IMG/VR virus record: IMGVR_UViG_3300044638_006148
Coordinates: 1 to 63,296 of that record
Length of the DNA stretch: 63,296 nt
Direction: 5' to 3' (one strand)
Source of the DNA: a virus
Lineage: Duplodnaviria > Caudoviricetes
How positions within the stretch are numbered: the stretch's first letter is position 1; each line of letters begins with the position of its first letter. The notes below the pieces were generated by a model. That model ran no database searches, was not told where the DNA came from, and saw nothing but the letters and a program-made list of their open reading frames with translations. The position numbers and the translations under genes are program-made. Positions 59,248 through 63,296 of the stretch are shown here, piece after piece.

Positions 59248-60916
59248 TATAACATTAGTAACAGGAATTTGGGATATCGGTAGAGATGAACTTAAGGAAG
59301 GTTGGAGCCGACCGTTTCAACATTATTTGGATAAATTTGAACAACTATTAAAAGTTGAAGAAAACTTAATAATATTCGGTGACGAAGAATTAAGATCTTT
59401 CGTAGAAACAAGAAGAAACCCTGAAAACACACAATTTATCACCCGACCACTAAGTTGGTTTACCAACTCAGAATTTTTTCCATTAATTCAAAAAATTAGA
59501 ACGAATCCAGAATGGTATAATCAGTCGGGTTGGTTAAAAGAATCCACACAGGGTCGTTTGGAAAACTATAATCCATTGGTCATGTCAAAAATGTTTTTGT
59601 TACATGATGCCAAAATTATGGGTAGATTTGATTCCGAATATATATTTTGGATTGATGGAGGATTAACAAATACCGTTCATCCAGGTTATTTCACCCACGA
59701 TAAAGTATTGGATAAATTAACAAAATATGTTTCAAAGTTTTCATTTATATCATTTCCTTACGATGCAGAAAAAGAAATTCATGGGTTTGAATATTCTAAG
59801 TTAAATTCAATCGCAGGAGATAAAGTTAATAAAGTTGCAAGAGGAGGGTTCTTCGGTGGACCCAAACACACAATTAGTGATGTAAATGGAATTTATTATG
59901 GACTGTTAAAAAGTACATTAGAAGAAGGATACATGGGTACTGAAGAATCTATATTCAGTATTATGTGCTACAAACATTCTGACCTATTCAATTATTTTGA
60001 AATCGAATCCAATGGATTAGTTGGTAAATTTTTCGAAGACTTGAAGAATGATACCCTGAAGGCTAAAAATGAAAGTTCTGTTCAAGTTGTTAATAATTTG
60101 GATACAAACAAAGTAGGTCTCTACGTAATCACGTTCAATAGTCCAAAACAATTTAAGACTTTAATTGATTCTATGTTGGCGTATGATAAAGATTATATTA
60201 ACAAGACAACTAAGTTTTTGTTAGATAATTCAAGCGACTTGTCAACTACCGCGGAATACTCGGAGATTTGTAAAGAATTTGGATTCGAACACATTAAAAA
60301 AGATAATTTGGGAATATGCGGGGGTAGACAATGGATTGCAGAACACTTCCAAAATGAAACAGATTTGGATTATCATTTGCTATTTGAAGATGATATGTTT
60401 TTTTATCCAAACGAAGGTAAAGTTTGTAGGAATGGATTCAATCGGTACGTTCCAAACTTATATAGTAAGTCGTTAGAAATTATTAAAAAAGAAAACTTTG
60501 ATTTTTTGAAGTTAAACTTCACAGAATTTTACGGTGATAATAGTGTGCAGTGGAGTTGGTACAACGTGCCACAACATGTTAGAACAGAATTTTGGCCAGA
60601 TAAACCTAGATTACCTGAAATTGGATTAGACCCTAATGCACCTAAAACACAATTTAACTCAGTGTTATCTCATAAGGGAGTTCCTTACGCTAAAGGTGAA
60701 ATTTACTACTGTAATTGGCCTCAGATTGTTAGTAGAATTGGAAACCAAAAGATGTTTTTAGATACAACATGGGCACATATTTTTGAACAAACCTGGATGA
60801 GCCACATGTATCAATTGGTAAAAAAAGGAGAATTGTACCCTGGATTGTTATTACTAACACCTACAGAGCATAACCGTTTTGACCACTATTCTCGTGATTT
60901 AAGAAAAGAGAACTAA
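59240..60916 (+). CDS. HtrL/YibB-family domain fused to a GT2-like domain
   Basis: TLVTGIWDIGR, MSKM, FWIDGG, GGFFGG, TEE; then VITFN, LLDNSSD, NLGICGGR, FEDD. Confidence 0.7.
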   Translation: MSNITLVTGIWDIGRDELKEGWSRPFQHYLDKFEQLLKVEENLIIFGDEELRSFVETRRNPENTQFITRPLSWFTNSEFFPLIQKIRTNPEWYNQSGWLKESTQGRLENYNPLVMSKMFLLHDAKIMGRFDSEYIFWIDGGLTNTVHPGYFTHDKVLDKLTKYVSKFSFISFPYDAEKEIHGFEYSKLNSIAGDKVNKVARGGFFGGPKHTISDVNGIYYGLLKSTLEEGYMGTEESIFSIMCYKHSDLFNYFEIESNGLVGKFFEDLKNDTLKAKNESSVQVVNNLDTNKVGLYVITFNSPKQFKTLIDSMLAYDKDYINKTTKFLLDNSSDLSTTAEYSEICKEFGFEHIKKDNLGICGGRQWIAEHFQNETDLDYHLLFEDDMFFYPNEGKVCRNGFNRYVPNLYSKSLEIIKKENFDFLKLNFTEFYGDNSVQWSWYNVPQHVRTEFWPDKPRLPEIGLDPNAPKTQFNSVLSHKGVPYAKGEIYYCNWPQIVSRIGNQKMFLDTTWAHIFEQTWMSHMYQLVKKGELYPGLLLLTPTEHNRFDHYSRDLRKEN

Positions 60917-61527
60917 GATAAAATTTTATCACTTTTTTTCAAATTATCTTCAGCCCAAAGTGGCTGAAGATTTGTATAGTGATATAAATCATAAATTTCT
61001 TTTTTAGTGTTTGCGGATGACAACGGTTTTATATGGTCTAAATGCCAACCATAATACCCGTAATTATCCCAAGACATGTTTTCAGTGAACTTGCTCTCAA
61101 TATATTTCATCAAAAAATCATAATCACAACCGACCAAATTAATGGTTCTCGGGTTGTCATATTTTTTGTTCATTATTTCATTTATTCTTGACCTCAAAGA
61201 ATTTTTAATTTTATTTTTTGGGTTTAAGTTATAATTATTTATATAGGTTCTTCTATGTTCTTTATTTTTTTCTAACCATTTTTTGAAAGTTTCAGGATTT
61301 TTTTCCCTATAAATTCTACATTTCTCTTTGTTAATTTCAGGGTTTTCCTTCCTGAATTTTTTAGATTTTTCAGATATAATTTCGGCATTGTTTTTTTTAT
61401 ATGTAGATGAATTTGTATCCATACATTTTTTACATTGTCCCCTATATAAGTTTGAGTATTTATTTTTTTTGTAAAATTCACAAACATCTTTTTCAACCTT
61501 ACACTTACTACAAATCTTTTTTTCCAT
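60913..61527 (-). CDS. HNH endonuclease with N-terminal CxxC..CxxC
   Basis: KICSKC..EK...F..CKKC; LRSR; GC; MSWDNYG..WHLDHIKP...HYTNLQPLWAEDNLKK. Confidence 0.88.
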   Translation of the reverse strand: MEKKICSKCKVEKDVCEFYKKNKYSNLYRGQCKKCMDTNSSTYKKNNAEIISEKSKKFRKENPEINKEKCRIYREKNPETFKKWLEKNKEHRRTYINNYNLNPKNKIKNSLRSRINEIMNKKYDNPRTINLVGCDYDFLMKYIESKFTENMSWDNYGYYGWHLDHIKPLSSANTKKEIYDLYHYTNLQPLWAEDNLKKSDKILS

Positions 61528-61663
61528 AATATTCTTTCAGTAATTTTTCGATTAAGGTAGATTTTTTTATTTTTTCTTTAACCATTCGGTCAAAAATTTC
61601 GGGGTCTAAACTAATACCAAATTTAACTTTTCGGTCTTCTTCTAATTTTGTAGGTCTTGCCAT
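61508..61663 (-). CDS. 51-aa ribbon-helix-helix DNA-binding protein (absent from ORF track)
   Basis: MARPTKLEEDRKVKFGISLDPEIFDRMVKEKIKKSTLIEKLLKEYYGKKDL; follows a TATTTATA motif and overlaps the HNH start. Confidence 0.75.
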   Translation of the reverse strand: MARPTKLEEDRKVKFGISLDPEIFDRMVKEKIKKSTLIEKLLKEYYGKKDL

Positions 61664-61744
61664 ATAGTATAAATATCTGATGAATGATTAAAGTTTCACT
61701 TTTATTAAACAAATATACGATATATTTATTAATAAAGAAAATTA

Positions 61745-62122
61745 ATGGAGTTCTATATTAAGAAAAATGCAACTTTACCAGTTTTGAAAATGCAAATCGT
61801 CCGTGACGGTAGAGCAGGTTACCAACAACTCATGGAAGACCTTGAGGTCTCGACTATATTTTTTACCATGATTGATGTGGAAACAGGTATTCCTAAAATT
61901 GTTTCTGCACCTTGTGAAATCGTTAATTTAATTTTACCTTTGGGGGCAGCACCTGAGTACTATATTTATTTCAAGTTCACCTCAAGAGACACAAATACCC
62001 CTGGCAGATATCAGGGTCAATTTCTCATACGTAACGATGAGGGTAGTTTAATTCTTCCAATTAGAGAAGAACTTTACATTAACATTCAAGATAGTTTTAT
62101 TTCCGAAACTGCTTGTTGCTAA
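61745..62122 (+). CDS. Small structural protein, BppU N-terminal-like
   Basis: FYIKKNATLPVL...DTNTPGRYQGQF.I....LP. Confidence 0.5.
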   Translation: MEFYIKKNATLPVLKMQIVRDGRAGYQQLMEDLEVSTIFFTMIDVETGIPKIVSAPCEIVNLILPLGAAPEYYIYFKFTSRDTNTPGRYQGQFLIRNDEGSLILPIREELYINIQDSFISETACC

Positions 62123-62155
62123 TTTGACAAGACACTAATTTCTTTTATATTTATA
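62123..62155 (+). promoter_or_regulatory. Putative promoter of the DNA polymerase gene
   Basis: TTTG-N19-TATATTTA (Bacteroidota -33/-7-like); also reads as TTGACA-N16-TATATT. Confidence 0.55.
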
Positions 62156-62159
62156 GACG

Positions 62160-62208
62160 ATGAGTAAGGTAAACTTCACGTTAGTGTGAAAGCCAATAAA
62201 CCACTCGT
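62160..62208 (+). promoter_or_regulatory. Candidate structured 5' leader RNA with 9-codon uORF
   Basis: ATGAGT/ACTCGT outer stem, GGT/ACC, inner TTCAC-GTTAGT-GTGAA hairpin; uORF MSKVNFTLV* at 62160-62189. Confidence 0.45.
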
Positions 62209-62217
62209 ATATAGACA

Positions 62218-63296
62218 ATGTTTACAGAACAAGAAATTGAATCGTTCCTACACGGAAACGATCCCGAAGAATTTATAGTCGCAATCGAATTCGACTACGC
62301 TTCCAACTCCATCTACAAAATCAAAGAAATCCCTGGCAAAGGTAAAGAAATTCGTAAGGATACATTCACCCCATTCGCATGGGTTGGTGATTTACGAGAC
62401 ATCAACTTTTATGGCGGTTCAAAAGCCGCTCAGAAGGAAGCCATGACCAAACATGGTATCATGATTGAAAAACTTGACACACACGGTAATGAAAGATTAG
62501 AAAGAGGTATGACCTTTATGGTTAAATCTCTGAAAGGATATCGTGAGCTTATTCAATTTTTTAGAGAAGGTGGATGTGACCCATGGGGTGAGAGAACAAA
62601 AGAAAAAATAATGATTCTATCTCCTGTTGAACAATATCTTGTTTCGAAAGAAAAAAGATTATTCAAAGGATTTGAAGATTATAATCAAGTAACACGTTTG
62701 GTATTTGACTTGGAAACGACCGCATTAGAACCTAAGGACGGTCGTATATTCATGATTGGAATCAAAACCAACAAAGGGTACCATAAAGTAATTGAATGTA
62801 TCGATGAATCTCAAGAAAGAGGTGCCATCATAGAGTTTTTTAATATTATTAATGAATTGAAACCAAGTATTATTGGTGGATATAATTCTGCAAACTTCGA
62901 CTGGCATTGGATATTCGAACGATGTAAAATCTTAAACATTGACCCAAAGAAGATTTGTCGTTCATTACACCCCGACCACTCATTCACAAGGAAAGAAGGT
63001 ATGTTGAAACTTGCTAACGAAGTTGAGTTGTATACTCAGACTTCCATTTGGGGATATAATGTGATTGATATCATTCACGCGGTACGTAGAGCACAAGCAA
63101 TTAACTCAAGTATTAAGTCTGCAGGTTTGAAATATATTACACAGTATATCAATGCTGAAGCTCCTGACCGAGTTTATATTGACCACTTGGACATTGGTCC
63201 ATTTTATGCAAAGAAAGAAGAATTTTGGTTGAATACCCAAAACGGTAACTACCGTAAGGTTGGACAAGACCCAAAGATAGAGGAGATTTGTGAAAG
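62218..63296 (+). CDS. Family B DNA polymerase, N-terminal and 3'-5' exonuclease part (truncated at window end; absent from ORF track)
   Basis: MFTEQEIESFLHGNDPEEF...; EQYL..KEKRLFKG; ExoI FDLETT; ExoII GGYNSANFDW. Confidence 0.9.
   Translation, partial: MFTEQEIESFLHGNDPEEFIVAIEFDYASNSIYKIKEIPGKGKEIRKDTFTPFAWVGDLRDINFYGGSKAAQKEAMTKHGIMIEKLDTHGNERLERGMTFMVKSLKGYRELIQFFREGGCDPWGERTKEKIMILSPVEQYLVSKEKRLFKGFEDYNQVTRLVFDLETTALEPKDGRIFMIGIKTNKGYHKVIECIDESQERGAIIEFFNIINELKPSIIGGYNSANFDWHWIFERCKILNIDPKKICRSLHPDHSFTRKEGMLKLANEVELYTQTSIWGYNVIDIIHAVRRAQAINSSIKSAGLKYITQYINAEAPDRVYIDHLDIGPFYAKKEEFWLNTQNGNYRKVGQDPKIEEICE

Noticed and set aside
62160-62208. c-di-GMP-I riboswitch (GGTAAAC...AAAGCC resemblance)
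   Set aside because: No GNRA tetraloop/receptor and no second hairpin. Kept only as an unclassified leader.
62725-62907. 60-aa minus-strand ORF, and other short ORFs nested opposite long genes
   Set aside because: It lies antisense within the polB frame. None of these has recognisable motifs.
1-63296. Eukaryotic giant virus (NCLDV) origin, suggested by GT60, the HNH type and the sugar pathways
   Set aside because: Overlapping operonic genes, intrinsic terminators, a sigma factor, a baseplate spike and S74 tail fibres indicate a bacteriophage.
1-63296. tRNA or rRNA genes
   Set aside because: Intergenic gaps are short and AT-rich and no cloverleaf or T-loop consensus was seen by eye. tRNAscan-SE would confirm.

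Overview
AT-rich, gene-dense segment of a large tailed-phage (jumbo myovirus-like) genome in the standard genetic code. The host is probably Bacteroidota, inferred from the lack of Shine-Dalgarno sequences, A-rich leaders and a TAnnTTTG element. Order: (1) 1-9.9 kb virion/baseplate genes, an HNH-type nuclease and a gp55-like sigma factor. (2) 9.9-29.4 kb minus-strand glyco-island with 11 glycosyltransferase-like genes, gmd, a ColD-like dehydratase, fcl/colC, glf, a degenerate UDP-sugar dehydrogenase, a methyltransferase, phoH, dUTPase and a PolB-type exonuclease. (3) 29.5-32.1 kb hypothetical genes and a WYL protein. (4) 32.1-55.3 kb plus-strand block of ten putative virion surface/fibre proteins rich in (Thr-Pro)n mucin-like and (Gly-Thr-Ser)n tracts, including four tandem fibres with S74 chaperone domains. 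(5) 55.4-60.9 kb second glycosyltransferase operon led by a GT60-like polypeptide GlcNAc-transferase. (6) An RHH-HNH gene pair, a small structural gene and the 5' part of a family B DNA polymerase with a structured leader. Best candidate new system: phage-encoded mucin-type O-glycosylation of virion fibres, possibly capped with colitose/fucose and Galf. All family calls come from motif recognition by eye, not database searches.
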